Under the pieces are notes generated by a model. That model saw nothing but the letters and a program-made list of their open reading frames with translations. It was not told the origin of the DNA and ran no database searches. A stretch of 32,562 bases of DNA from Ascoidea asiatica JCM 7603 (Eukaryota; Fungi; Ascomycota). Shown in pieces: positions 20,800-31,784 of this stretch (positions are counted from its first letter, which is position 1; the number at the start of each line of letters is the position of its first letter). The translations under genes were made by a program, and so were the position numbers. Where the stretch lies: the NCBI GenBank assembly GCA_001600695.1, contig BCKQ01000006.1:376327-408888 (forward strand), read 5' to 3'.

Positions 20800-22476
20800 T
20801 CAATTATTTTCAACTACAGACTGAGATTGATTTTGATTTATATCTTTATTGGAGTTAAGTTCAATTTGAGAATTGGTTTGAGATTGAGAATTGGATTGAG
20901 AATTGGATTGAGAATCAGAATCACTTTTTGATTGAGATTGTTTTAGAGTTGCACGTTCTAATTGTCTTGATCTATCAAAATATAAATTTGGATGACTTAT
21001 AATACTTTCTTCAAAAGTTTTTGAAATTAAATTTAATTGATCTTTATGAGTAATTTCAAAAATTTTGGTAATAGCTAAGATAAATTCATTTTTTGAACAA
21101 TGATCTAAAATTGAATTTAAATCATTTTTATCAATAATATTATATTCTTTTTTTAAAAATTCAATAATTGAATCATTTGATAAATCTCTTAAAATCATTC
21201 CATGATATTCACCTTTTTGTGGTCTTGGTTTTGATAAAATAATTTTATAATCCCATGGTTTATAATTAATTCTACTACCTTCTAAACCATAAGTATGTCT
21301 AATATTATATTTATAATTTTTATTAAAAGTTTCTATAGTCATTGAATTATTTGAAGTAAATGAATTTTGAAAAAATTTTATAGATTCTTCACATGATAAT
21401 CCAATACCTTTTAAAAATAAAAATAATTGTTGTCTTCCAGTATATTTTAAATGATGATTTTTAATTAAATTTATCATTAAATATTTCATTTCTGGTGGAA
21501 AATGTTTAATAATTTCATTTGAACAAACATTTTTACAATTTATTTCATTTTTATTATTATTATTTTTTAAATTATTTGAATCAAATTGATAATTTGATTC
21601 ATATTCATTTGATGAATAATTACTTGATAAATGATTTAAAATTAATAAAATTCTATCATCTTCATCTAATCTTGGTAAAATATGTAAAGTTTTAATTAAA
21701 TTTAAATTTAATTTTTTTTTAAATTCATTTGATAATATTGATAATTGTAATAATTGTGGTATATAAGCTTGACCATTTTTAATTAATATTGATCTTGTTG
21801 GTAATAAATCAATAATTTCTTCAAATGGTAATTTTATAAAATTTTCATTTTTAAAATAATTTTCAACTTGAATTGAATTAATTATTAAATCTTTATTTCT
21901 TTTAAGATAAAAATAAATTTCAGAATATGATGAATTAAATAAATCATTATATAATAAATTTTTTTCATTAATATTAACAAATTTTAAATTAAAATTTGAT
22001 AATTTAACAAAATTTAATTTTTCTTGTTTTGTTAACATATTATATCTAATTTTAAATAAAATTAATTCAGATTTTAAAAATCTTTCTCTTAATTCATTTG
22101 ATCTTGAAAATGCTAATCTTAAAATAAAATGAGAATATAAATCTTTTTTTTTATTAATATAAGAAATATTTGAAATTGAATCATTTAATGGTAATAATTT
22201 ATTTAATAAATTTTTTATAGAAATTTGAATTTGATTAATTGATTGATTTTTACTTAATAATAATTCAATCTCAATTAATAATTTTAATCTATCTAATGAC
22301 CATTGTTCAAATTCTTCTAATTTAATTTCATCTAATGGTGGATAATCATAAAATGTTAATTTTGGAAATTTATAATTTAATTCAACACTTTTATCTTTAT
22401 TTTTTAAATTTATTAATCCTAAAGTATTATCAAAATTTCTTCTACCAATTACTGTTCTTCTTGATTTTCTAAACAT
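20800..22476 (-). CDS. PRI2: DNA primase large subunit, 558 aa, with the Fe-S ligand cysteines absent
   Basis: FYDYPP..EIKLEEFE, KKDLYSHFILRLAF, DEDDR, HHLKYTGRQQL.LFLKGIGL, YNIRHTYGLEG.R.NYKPWD and ISHPNLYFDRS. Confidence 0.97.
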   Translation of the reverse strand: MFRKSRRTVIGRRNFDNTLGLINLKNKDKSVELNYKFPKLTFYDYPPLDEIKLEEFEQWSLDRLKLLIEIELLLSKNQSINQIQISIKNLLNKLLPLNDSISNISYINKKKDLYSHFILRLAFSRSNELRERFLKSELILFKIRYNMLTKQEKLNFVKLSNFNLKFVNINEKNLLYNDLFNSSYSEIYFYLKRNKDLIINSIQVENYFKNENFIKLPFEEIIDLLPTRSILIKNGQAYIPQLLQLSILSNEFKKKLNLNLIKTLHILPRLDEDDRILLILNHLSSNYSSNEYESNYQFDSNNLKNNNNKNEINCKNVCSNEIIKHFPPEMKYLMINLIKNHHLKYTGRQQLFLFLKGIGLSCEESIKFFQNSFTSNNSMTIETFNKNYKYNIRHTYGLEGSRINYKPWDYKIILSKPRPQKGEYHGMILRDLSNDSIIEFLKKEYNIIDKNDLNSILDHCSKNEFILAITKIFEITHKDQLNLISKTFEESIISHPNLYFDRSRQLERATLKQSQSKSDSDSQSNSQSNSQSQTNSQIELNSNKDINQNQSQSVVENN

Positions 22477-22628
22477 TTTTAAATTATTTATTTATTTATT
22501 ATTGACTAATGATGATTTATAATATTAGAATATTATAAAAACTAATAAAATGAATTGAATTATTAATGATAAATAGATTTTATAAATAAAAGATACAAAA
22601 TATCATAATTTATTTAATATATTCAATA

Positions 22629-22672
22629 TTTCGCGTTTTTGAAAAATAATAAAAAACTTAATTTTTACGCGT
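22629..22672. promoter_or_regulatory. MCB/SCB-type G1/S elements upstream of PRI2
   Basis: TTTCGCGT at 22629-22636 and ACGCGT at 22667-22672, 150-200 bp upstream of the ATG in otherwise very AT-rich DNA; typical of replication genes. Confidence 0.75.
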
Positions 22673-22898
22673 CTGAATCAAAAAAGAAACCAAGACTGTG
22701 GATCAGGTAAGTAGCTGTACTAGTAGGTATCTTCACATCAAATAGCGTTAGACTACATGTAATTGCATCAAAAATAATTTCCAGAGTGACGGGTCTGATA
22801 TGTCACCTGATCACACTTACACCAGGTTTTTGTAACTCCTAGTCACGTCTATCTATGAGACCATTTCCACGGATTTTCTTCCTTTCGTCGTTTAGCTC

Positions 22899-22932
22899 TG
22901 TTTACGTTTCCCGATTGGGGCAAATGTCAACA
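22899..22932. promoter_or_regulatory. Forkhead-Mcm1-forkhead composite element
   Basis: TGTTTAC-gttt-CCCGATTGGG-gcaaat-GTCAACA. Confidence 0.55.
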
Positions 22933-23536
22933 GTTCTGTCTCGAACAGCCCAGGATTTCTCAAGAGATTTGATCTGAAACCAGAAAATGAATTGAGCTGC
23001 ACTGAAATCGAAGGAAACAAAATCTGTAAATGCATAGAAAATAAATAATAAATAATAAATAATAAATAAATAATAAATAATAAGTGAAAAGAATAACGAT
23101 AATGAACGAAATAAATAAATCTTTTCACTTTTGAATTGCCCAATATAATAAAATTTCTCGATACAGAATATTCATTTTACATACTCAGAATCTGAATGAG
23201 GATAGAAATAAAGTAAATATACTACTGTATTTATTTATATCTGCTATGGCTAAATCATTTCTACAATTTATATCATCATTTATCATTTATCACTTATCAC
23301 TTAGATTTATTTCCTGTTGAATTTAAACCCTGAAAGGATTTCATTTTCTTTTCTTCTCCTCTTTTAAATTTTACTTCTTTCTTTTCATTCATTTTATCAA
23401 TTGATACTTTTGTGGATTACATTTTTGAGATTGAATAATTGAATAATTGAATCATATATTTATCACACAACAATCACAAATAATCAATCAGTCAATTCTT
23501 TATACTATAAATTACAACCATTTCCTCAATCACCAC

Positions 23537-23567
<31 letters not shown>
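23537..23567. repeat. (TCAA)7 microsatellite just upstream of the 23609 ATG
   Basis: Perfect tetranucleotide run. Confidence 0.9.
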
Positions 23568-23608
23568 CTCACCTAGTTATTGATCAATAGATTAATAACT
23601 TATAAAAA

Positions 23609-24972
23609 ATGTCATTTTCTTCAAAAATAGATCAATTTCAAAATCCAAAGAAATTATCTTGGCTTTCAGAAAGAGATAATTTAAATAAAAATAATAATAG
23701 TATTTATTCTTCAGATACAATATCAAATTTAGATTTAAATAAAGATGAATTATTACCATGTGCAGCTCAATTATCTTTTACAAAATTAAAATCAAAATCA
23801 AATTCTAATCCATTATCATCATCATCATCATCATCACCATCATCATCAATTAAAAGAAATTCAAATTATTCAATATCTTCATCTTCTGAAACTATTTCTT
23901 CAAATTCTTTAAATTCAAGACCAAATTCATTAACTTCTTCTTTTTCTTCTGTTGAATTTAATAACAGCGCTAAATATTCAAAATCTTCTCAATCTTCTCA
24001 ATCTTCTCAATCTTCTTCAAAATATCCCCCTCCAACTTTAATTGATATAAATGATAGTGATAGTGATAGTGATATTGATAATGATAATGATAATGAGGTA
24101 TTTAAAATATCTCCAAATAATATAATTCAAAGAAAAAATAATTCAAATAATATTATTAACTCAAATATAAATGAAAATAATTCATTTGATTTAAATTCAG
24201 AATTAAATTTAAATTCAAATTCCATATATTTAATATCAACAAATTCAATTAAAAATTTTTTAAATTTTTTAAATTTTAAAAAATTTTTTTCAATATTATC
24301 TTTTTTAAATATATTATTAATAAATTTTTTTAAAAAAAATAAAAATTCAAATTTTATTTCAACTAATAATAATAATAAATTACATTTACAAAGTTTCTTA
24401 ATTGGAATTTTTATTTCTTCATTAGCTTCATTTTTAAAACCATTAATTTTATATTATTTAAAATTATGGTTAAATTTATTTTTCAAAATTCTTTTTCATA
24501 TCTCAACAGTTTCTTTAATAATTTTCTTAATTTATTTATTTTTTAAATTTTATTTAATTCCTTCAAATAATAATAATAATAATAATAATAATAATCATAA
24601 TTCAAATAATAAAAATATTAATTTAAATAAAAAAATTACTTATTATGATAGTTTAATTCATTCAAAATCTGATTCAAATAATAATTTAAATATAAATTCA
24701 AATCAATTTCAAAAATTTTCTTCAATGAAAATTGATTCAATTAAAGATAATAAAACTAATAAAATTAAAAATATTTTAAAATCAAATTCATCCTCATCCA
24801 CATCCACATCCACATCTTCAAATTCAAATTCAACAAAAATCTCAAATTTAGATTATACAAAATCTGGATTTTTTGATGATAATTTAAAATCAAAATTTAT
24901 TCAACAAGTTAGAAAAAATGAACAACTTAAAAAATTAGATCAAATTAAAAATTATAAAAGTAATAATAAAAG

Positions 24973-25003
<31 letters not shown>

Positions 25004-25855
25004 ATACAAAATATAAAAGAAAAATATAATTATAAAGATAAATTAAATGATATTGATAAAGAAAAAGATAATTATAAAGATAAAGATAGAAATGAAAGAT
25101 TAACTCATCAACAAAAAGAATATTTAAAATATCAATCTATTAATCCATTAATTCAAAGATCTAATGAAATTGAAAATGAATATAATTATGAAAAAAAATC
25201 TCCAAAGTTATCTCCTAAATTATCTCCAAAAATTTCTTCAAATTCTTCATCTTCAAGACATCAATCATTAACAAATTTTAATCCAATTTCAAAAAGTAGA
25301 AGTCCATCTCCTGAATTAAGAAAAGTTAGAATTAGTTCAAAACCAACTAGGAAACAGATACCACAATCTCCTGCAAATTCTTTAGTATCAACTTCTTCTT
25401 TTAATCCCTATGAGAATAATAAAATAGTAATACAACAACAACAGCAGCATATGAGAATGCCTATACCTATAGGAAATGAATATAATAATTTCAATCAATA
25501 TAAGCAACCAAATCCAATTAATCAAATAAATCAAATAAATCAAATGACTTCAAGAAGAGAAAGATCTCCATCTCCAGTAAATGGGTATAAAAATCAACAT
25601 AATTCACCACATTCTAGTCATTCAAATCTTTCCACTCATTCAAATAATTCTCCAAAACATAAAACAATATCAAGAGATCATTATAATAGCCCGATTTTAG
25701 GTCCAAGACCATTATCATCTTTAAATAATAGAAATGACCCTTCTTTTACAACAAAAACAAGACAGATTGGCATAATGGATATAGATGCATTTAATTCAGA
25801 TGATATATTAAATCAAAGAATTAAAAATATAAATAAAAATACTTTCAATGAATTC

Positions 25856-25899
<44 letters not shown>

Positions 25900-26008
25900 T
25901 GATACTGATCAAATTTCAATTGCTCCAACAATGATGAGCCAGGAAACAAAGTTCTCAGTCCTCAATACTCGACAGAATTATAAAAACTTTGTAAGAAGAA
26001 GTAAATAA
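23609..26008 (+). CDS. Unknown Ser/Asn-rich protein with a central hydrophobic (probable membrane) region, 799 aa
   Basis: Long ORF, AAAAATGTC start context, host-like codon use; hydrophobic segments at about aa 225-315; many SP motifs in the C-terminal half. Confidence 0.8.
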
Positions 26009-26218
26009 ATTTAAACTTCTTTTATCAAATAATCACTTATAGAATTTTATATATCTAATAAATGTCATGATGTAATGCTAGTTTTTTTTATCAAAATTAA
26101 CTTTTATTCTACTCGTAAGCTCTTTTTAACTTGAACATATTAAATTTGAGAAATTATTTAGTAATATAAAATTTACAACTTTTAATTCACTTTATATACG
26201 AAAATTGTGATAGTTAGT

Positions 26219-29200
26219 CTATAAATCTGAGTGTTCCATAGCCTCTTTCATCATAAGTTCTTTTTCGTCAACTGCAACTTTCTCAAGCGTAATAGCATCG
26301 TTATAAACAGCTGATCCTTCTTGATTATAAGTTTTAGCATTAGAACACATTAGCTTTATATCCACTATGATATCAGATAATCGGTAGTATTGAAAACCAG
26401 AAATTCTAATTTTGATTTCTTTCAATGATATTGGATTTTTGATAACAAGGTAATAATTAGGATAAATTCGTTTGGCAGGCTTTTCTTTGAATAACTCAGT
26501 TAAATCTCTTCCATCAGCATCTCGTAAATTTTCAACCTTAGAATATATCCTTCTCAACTGTTTCTGTAATTTAACTCTTTCCTCAGGAATCAAATCAATT
26601 ACTTCAGGCATTGGTATTTTACCCGAAACACTTGAACTTCCACGACCTCTTCCTCGCCCACGACCTCTACCACGACCTCTACCAACTCCTCTTCCAGAGC
26701 CTCTTCCACGACCTCTACCTCTACCTCTTCCTCTGGTTGGTTGCACTGGAATTTCCATCTTTAGACGTTTTTCATCTTGCTCAATTTCGCTATCAACACT
26801 GTTTTGTATTTTTCGTTTCCTTAAACCGTCCAAAAAGGTTTCATCTTTTTCAGTTGATAATTCACCGTTTGCACTTAATTTTGCAGCTTCTGCTGCCTTT
26901 GCGGCAGCAATTGCTTCGAGAAGTTTTTTAGGTTTTCTTCCTCTTTTCTTGGGAATTTTGATTGCAACAGCAGGAGTCTCAATTTTCGTAAAAGCAGTAG
27001 GTTCAGAAGCAGTTACAGTATTAACAATTGGGGTAGAAACTATATCAAGTGGTTCTTTTTGTTCAACAACTTCTTCCAATTTGGGAATTGGAACAACTTC
27101 ATTAATTGGTGGTTCAAGGTCAAGATCTGGTTCAGAAACATCTTCATCTATCTCATCAGGTTCAAAAACTTCATCTGGAACAACTTCTTCTGGTAAATCT
27201 TTAAGTGTTGGATCCTCATTAAGTAAGTCATTTGCTTTCATCCATTCAATTTCAGATTCATCTTTATAAGATATTTTATTTTTTATTCTTTTTCCTTCCA
27301 CAACTTCAACTTTCTTCTTTGCAGGAATTTCTTCCGAATAAAAAGCAGGAAGTTCTTTTTCTTCGTATAATCTTGGAAGATTTCCATTTTTTTCTGCCCA
27401 TAGTTTTTTCCTTTCTTTATCCATTTCGGCAAACATAATTTTTTCATCTTCTGATCTTGCTAATATAGTATTTAATTCCTCTTCAGTTAATTCTTCATTT
27501 TCTTCGGAGCCTTTCTTTCCTTCTTCAGATTCCAATAACTGTCTTAATAATGCTTCTTGTTCTTCAGCAGTTGATTTGTTATCAAATTTACCTGCTTGAA
27601 TAACTTTTCCATCAATATCAAGTTTTTGATGTGCTCTTTCCAAAATAGCTTCTTCTACAGAATCTTCTGTTATTAATCTTAGAATTCTAACTTCATTTTT
27701 CTGACCAATTCTATGAGCTCTATCTTGTGCTTGTAAATCTTGATGAGGATTCCAATCAGTATCAAAAATAATAACAGTATCTGCAGTTTGTAAATTTAAA
27801 CCAAGACCACCAGCTCTTGTAGACAATAAAAAGCAAAAAATATCTGAGTTAGGTGCATTAAATTCTTTTAACATATCTTGTCTTTCATCAGATTTCGTTG
27901 AACCATCTAATCTTAAATGTTTAATTCCACGATAATCTAAATAATCAACCATAATATCAATAACTTGTGTCATTTGAAAAAACATTAAAACACGATGATT
28001 TGATTTATGAAATTTAGGTAATACTCTATCTAATAATTCAAATTTTCCAGATACTCTCCAAATATAATCATCTAAATTTCTAACTGGATTTATTATATCT
28101 TCAATATCAGAATAAACAAAAGGATGATTACAAATTTTTCTTAATTGCATAATTGGATTATTTAAACCTCTTAAAGGTACAATTTCTTGAATTTTTTCAT
28201 CATAAACAAATAAAGAATGATGTTTTAACATTTGATGATAAAGTTTACTTTGAATTGCACTCATTTTACATTTTACAACTTTTTCAATTTTATTTGGTAA
28301 ATCTTTTTCAACATCTTTTTTTAATCTTCTTAATAAAAATGGTCTTAAAACTTTATGTAATCTTCTAATAATTAATAAAGTTTCTTCTTCAGATAATTCT
28401 AATTTATCATTACCACCAGCATTTGCAAAAGGAGTATTAAACCATTCATCAAAAGATTTTTCAGAATTAAAAACTTTTGGTAAAACAAAATTTAATAAAG
28501 CCCATAATTCAGGTAAATTATTTTGTAAAGGAGTACCAGTTAAAATTAATCTATATTCAGTTCTATAATAATTAGCTAAAGTAAAAGATAATTTACTTTG
28601 AGAATTTTTTAATCTATGACCTTCATCAATAATCATATGAACCCAATTAATTTTACCTAATAAATGTCTATCTTTAATAATATATTCAAAAGTTGTTAAT
28701 AAAACTTGAAAATCTCTTCTTTTTATCATATCATGCATTTTTTTTCTTTGTGGTGGAGTACCTTTATAAGTAATTTTTTTTAAACTTGGAGCCCATTTAT
28801 CAAATTCTAAATTCCAATTTGTTAAAGTTGATAATGGTACAATAATTAAAAATGGACCAGGCAGTCTTTTAACTTCAACTAAATGTGTAACTAAAGAAAT
28901 TGTTTGAATAGTTTTACCTAAACCCATTTCATCAGCAAGAATACCATTTAAATGATTATTAAATAAAGATACCATCCATTGTAAACCTTTAATTTGATAT
29001 TCTTTTAAAGTACCACCAACTAAAATTGAAGGTTGTTTTTTAACAACTTCTTTAATTCTATGAGCAACATTAAAATAATCTAATTCACCAGGATCTAAAT
29101 CATTATTAGAACTATTTGAACCCATTGAAGAAGAAATACTATCATTATCATTAGTTGAATGACCAGCTTTTATTGATCTTTCTTGAGTTTCTTGTTGTTG

Positions 29201-31021
29201 AGATTTAACAGCATTTGTTAAAGAAGCTAAAAAAGAATTAGTTTGTCTTAATAAATGAGTAATTCTTGTATCTTTAGTTTGAGCTAATAATTTTATATAA
29301 GCTTCTTCATCATTTCTTTGTAAAGCATCAAGTCTTTGTTTTGCATTTTTTTCAATTCTTTTTATAGTTTCTTTTTCATACCAATTATGAAAATTATTAA
29401 ATTTTAATTTTAATTTTTTTATTGAATTTTTTTTTTTAATAAATTTTTTTTCAATTAAATTATTAATTTTATTCATTTTTAAATTAATTTTAATTAAATT
29501 AAATGAATTTAATTGATTTTTAAAATTTTTTTGATTAATTTTATATAAATTTTGAGTTTTTAAAGAATCATTAATTAAAATTTTTTTTGATTTTGCTAAA
29601 AAATTTGGATGAGTATTTGTTAATAATGAATTTTTATACCAATTAAAAGATAAGATTTTACCTCTTAAATTTTTTTGAAAATTTAATAAATTTAAAGATA
29701 ATAAATCAATTTCATTATCAATATTATTATCAATATTATTATCAAAAATTTCATCATTTTTTTTTTTTAAATAATCAATTGAATTATTAATATTAAAATA
29801 AATTAAAGATTGATAAATTGAATTTGAATCTTTAATATTTAAGAAATTATAAGAATCTGGATTTATTGAAGGTATAAATAATTTTAAATTTTGATCATGT
29901 AAAATTGAATTATATGGAACTTTATTATTATTATTATTATTATTATAGATTAAAGAATTTGGTAAATTAAAAGAATCTACAATATAATTTGGATTATTTG
30001 TTGATTTTAATTTTGAAGAATTATATTTTAATTTTAATTTATTTAAATTTATTGGAGGTTGTGGTGGATCTAAAACTAAAGGTGGATTTCTAATTATATT
30101 TTTTGGAGTTAATTGTTGTGATTGATTAATTATTGGTTTTTGAATTTGGTTAGGTATGTTATTTGGAATATTATTTTGTATGTTATTTTGTAATTGATTA
30201 GTTATTTGATTTGATCTATTAACAGATTTTATTGGAGGAATTAAAGGAATATTTGATTGTCTATTTATTAAAGGTTTATTATTAGGGTTATTGTTATTAT
30301 TGATGTTATTATTATTATTAATTGGTAAATTATTATTAATTGAAGAAAGATTAATATTTTGAGATTTTATAAAAGAATAATGAGAATTTATAATTTTTTG
30401 AATTTCTTGATATGGTAATTGATTTTTAGATAAAGATTTAAAAGCAGATAATTGAGCATTTAATATATACATTTGAGATTGAGAAAAGATTGAATTTGAA
30501 TTTGAATTGTTATTATTATTATTATTATTGTTGTTGGCGGTTAAATTATTAATATTATTAATATTTAAAATATTTGGAGAATTTGAAGATCTTGGAGAAA
30601 TTATTGGAATTGGAGAATTATTTAAATGATTTATTTGATTATTCAATGATATATTATTATTATTAGCATTATTAGCATTATTAGCATTATTAGCATTATT
30701 AGCATTGTTATTGTTGTTATTATTAGTTATAGCGCTATTAGAATTATTATTATTATTATTATTATTAATATTAATATTATTTGAATTAATCTTTTTAATA
30801 TCATTATTATTTGATATATTATTATTGGATATATTATTAATATTATTAATATTATTTATATTATTATTAGGATTTTGAAATTGACGTTGTTGTAATAATT
30901 GTAATTGTAATTGTCTTTCTTTTTTTTTATTTGTTACAATTCTTAAATAATTTGATAATTGTATATATTCAGGATTTGAATCTGAATTTATACCATTTTC
31001 AGTTTTTAATTGTTTCCATCT
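26219..31021 (-). CDS. SNF2: SWI/SNF ATPase Snf2, exon 2 (spliced protein about 1615 aa)
   Basis: The frame is open 125 codons upstream of the track's TTG start ([17 protein letters not shown]). [16 protein letters not shown]/post-[29 protein letters not shown] repeat and bromodomain. The N-terminus, THPNFL block and RG tract favour Snf2 over Sth1. Confidence 0.93.
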   Translation of the reverse strand, partial: RWKQLKTENGINSDSNPEYIQLSNYLRIVTNKKKERQLQLQLLQQRQFQNPNNNINNINNINNISNNNISNNNDIKKINSNNININNNNNNNNSNSAITNNNNNNNANNANNANNANNANNNNISLNNQINHLNNSPIPIISPRSSNSPNILNINNINNLTANNNNNNNNNNSNSNSIFSQSQMYILNAQLSAFKSLSKNQLPYQEIQKIINSHYSFIKSQNINLSSINNNLPINNNNNINNNNNPNNKPLINRQSNIPLIPPIKSVNRSNQITNQLQNNIQNNIPNNIPNQIQKPIINQSQQLTPKNIIRNPPLVLDPPQPPINLNKLKLKYNSSKLKSTNNPNYIVDSFNLPNSLIYNNNNNNNKVPYNSILHDQNLKLFIPSINPDSYNFLNIKDSNSIYQSLIYFNINNSIDYLKKKNDEIFDNNIDNNIDNEIDLLSLNLLNFQKNLRGKILSFNWYKNSLLTNTHPNFLAKSKKILINDSLKTQNLYKINQKNFKNQLNSFNLIKINLKMNKINNLIEKKFIKKKNSIKKLKLKFNNFHNWYEKETIKRIEKNAKQRLDALQRNDEEAYIKLLAQTKDTRITHLLRQTNSFLASLTNAVKSQQQETQERSIKAGHSTNDNDSISSSMGSNSSNNDLDPGELDYFNVAHRIKEVVKKQPSILVGGTLKEYQIKGLQWMVSLFNNHLNGILADEMGLGKTIQTISLVTHLVEVKRLPGPFLIIVPLSTLTNWNLEFDKWAPSLKKITYKGTPPQRKKMHDMIKRRDFQVLLTTFEYIIKDRHLLGKINWVHMIIDEGHRLKNSQSKLSFTLANYYRTEYRLILTGTPLQNNLPELWALLNFVLPKVFNSEKSFDEWFNTPFANAGGNDKLELSEEETLLIIRRLHKVLRPFLLRRLKKDVEKDLPNKIEKVVKCKMSAIQSKLYHQMLKHHSLFVYDEKIQEIVPLRGLNNPIMQLRKICNHPFVYSDIEDIINPVRNLDDYIWRVSGKFELLDRVLPKFHKSNHRVLMFFQMTQVIDIMVDYLDYRGIKHLRLDGSTKSDERQDMLKEFNAPNSDIFCFLLSTRAGGLGLNLQTADTVIIFDTDWNPHQDLQAQDRAHRIGQKNEVRILRLITEDSVEEAILERAHQKLDIDGKVIQAGKFDNKSTAEEQEALLRQLLESEEGKKGSEENEELTEEELNTILARSEDEKIMFAEMDKERKKLWAEKNGNLPRLYEEKELPAFYSEEIPAKKKVEVVEGKRIKNKISYKDESEIEWMKANDLLNEDPTLKDLPEEVVPDEVFEPDEIDEDVSEPDLDLEPPINEVVPIPKLEEVVEQKEPLDIVSTPIVNTVTASEPTAFTKIETPAVAIKIPKKRGRKPKKLLEAIAAAKAAEAAKLSANGELSTEKDETFLDGLRKRKIQNSVDSEIEQDEKRLKMEIPVQPTRGRGRGRGRGRGSGRGVGRGRGRGRGRGRGRGSSSVSGKIPMPEVIDLIPEERVKLQKQLRRIYSKVENLRDADGRDLTELFKEKPAKRIYPNYYLVIKNPISLKEIKIRISGFQYYRLSDIIVDIKLMCSNAKTYNQEGSAVYNDAITLEKVAVDEKELMMKEAMEHSDL

Positions 31022-31347
31022 CTAATGAATTAAGTTGTAAATAGTATATAAAATAATATAATAAATTTAATAATTTATAATAATTTATAATATAATATAA
31101 TATAATATAATAGAGTAAAGTATAATATAGTATATAATAATATAATTAAATAAAGTATAAGATATTGATATTATATTATATTATGTTATATTATAAGTTT
31201 ATTATGAATATATTATAATTATTATATTAAATTATAATTTTATAATTTGAATAATAAAAAATAGTTAGTAAAAACGCGTATAAGAAAGATAATAAATATA
31301 CAAATAAATAAATAAATAAAAATAAAAAGAAGTTGATGCATACATAC
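31022..31347 (-). other. SNF2: Spliceosomal intron of SNF2 (326 nt, phase 0)
   Basis: GTATGT donor at 31347-31342, TACTAAC at 31270-31264, TAG acceptor at 31024-31022; splicing joins the exons in frame. Confidence 0.9.
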
Positions 31348-31392
31348 CCTAAAATTATTCTGAATTTCTTCTTCTGAGTAAGTATAACTCAT
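31348..31392 (-). CDS. SNF2: SNF2 exon 1 (MSYTYSEEEIQNNFR)
   Basis: 45 nt from ATG to donor; the joined sequence YSEEEIQNNFRRWKQL resembles the recalled S. cerevisiae Snf2 N-terminus (FSNEEVNRCYLRWQHL). Confidence 0.88.
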
Positions 31393-31772
31393 TATTAATC
31401 TTTGAATTTAAAAAGAATGAAAGTGAAAGTGAATATGAATGAAGAGAGATAGATATGAATATATGATTGAAATTAAGTGAAATAAAATGAGGAATAAAAA
31501 AAGGATAATAAAATAGGAATGAAAATAGAAATGGAAATAGAAATAGAAATAGAATTAGATTTAGAATGGAATAGAATAGAATGGATTTAGATTATTTTAG
31601 ATTTAGAATGAGAATATGAAGAATAAAAGAGTATAAGCAGTATTAATATTGTTAATATTGTTAATATTGTTATTAATGATAATATTAATATATCAAACCA
31701 AGCGATGGTTTTTCTTGTTCCAAACTGTTGTATTTTTGTTTTTCGTTCGGGATTCCGGTCAGAGAAAACAAA

Positions 31773-31784
31773 TGTCACATGACA
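31773..31784. promoter_or_regulatory. Near-palindromic TGTCACATGACA containing RTCACATG (Cbf1-like), upstream of SNF2
   Basis: Motif match in the locally GC-richer promoter patch. Confidence 0.3.

Noticed and set aside
22703-22714. TACTTACCTG on the minus strand (U1 snRNA 5' end-like) / CAG-GTAAGT donor on the plus strand
   Set aside because: Runs into a T-tract with no U1 stems or Sm site; no TACTAAC downstream on the plus strand before 23609.
26640-26733. Long (RG)n tract in Snf2
   Set aside because: Known feature of yeast Snf2; used only for the ortholog assignment.
26472-27269. 265-aa antisense ORF (and 26611-26931) inside SNF2
   Set aside because: Shadow of the RG-repeat/acidic region (PRPLPRP mirrors RGRG); non-ATG start; no independent coding signal.
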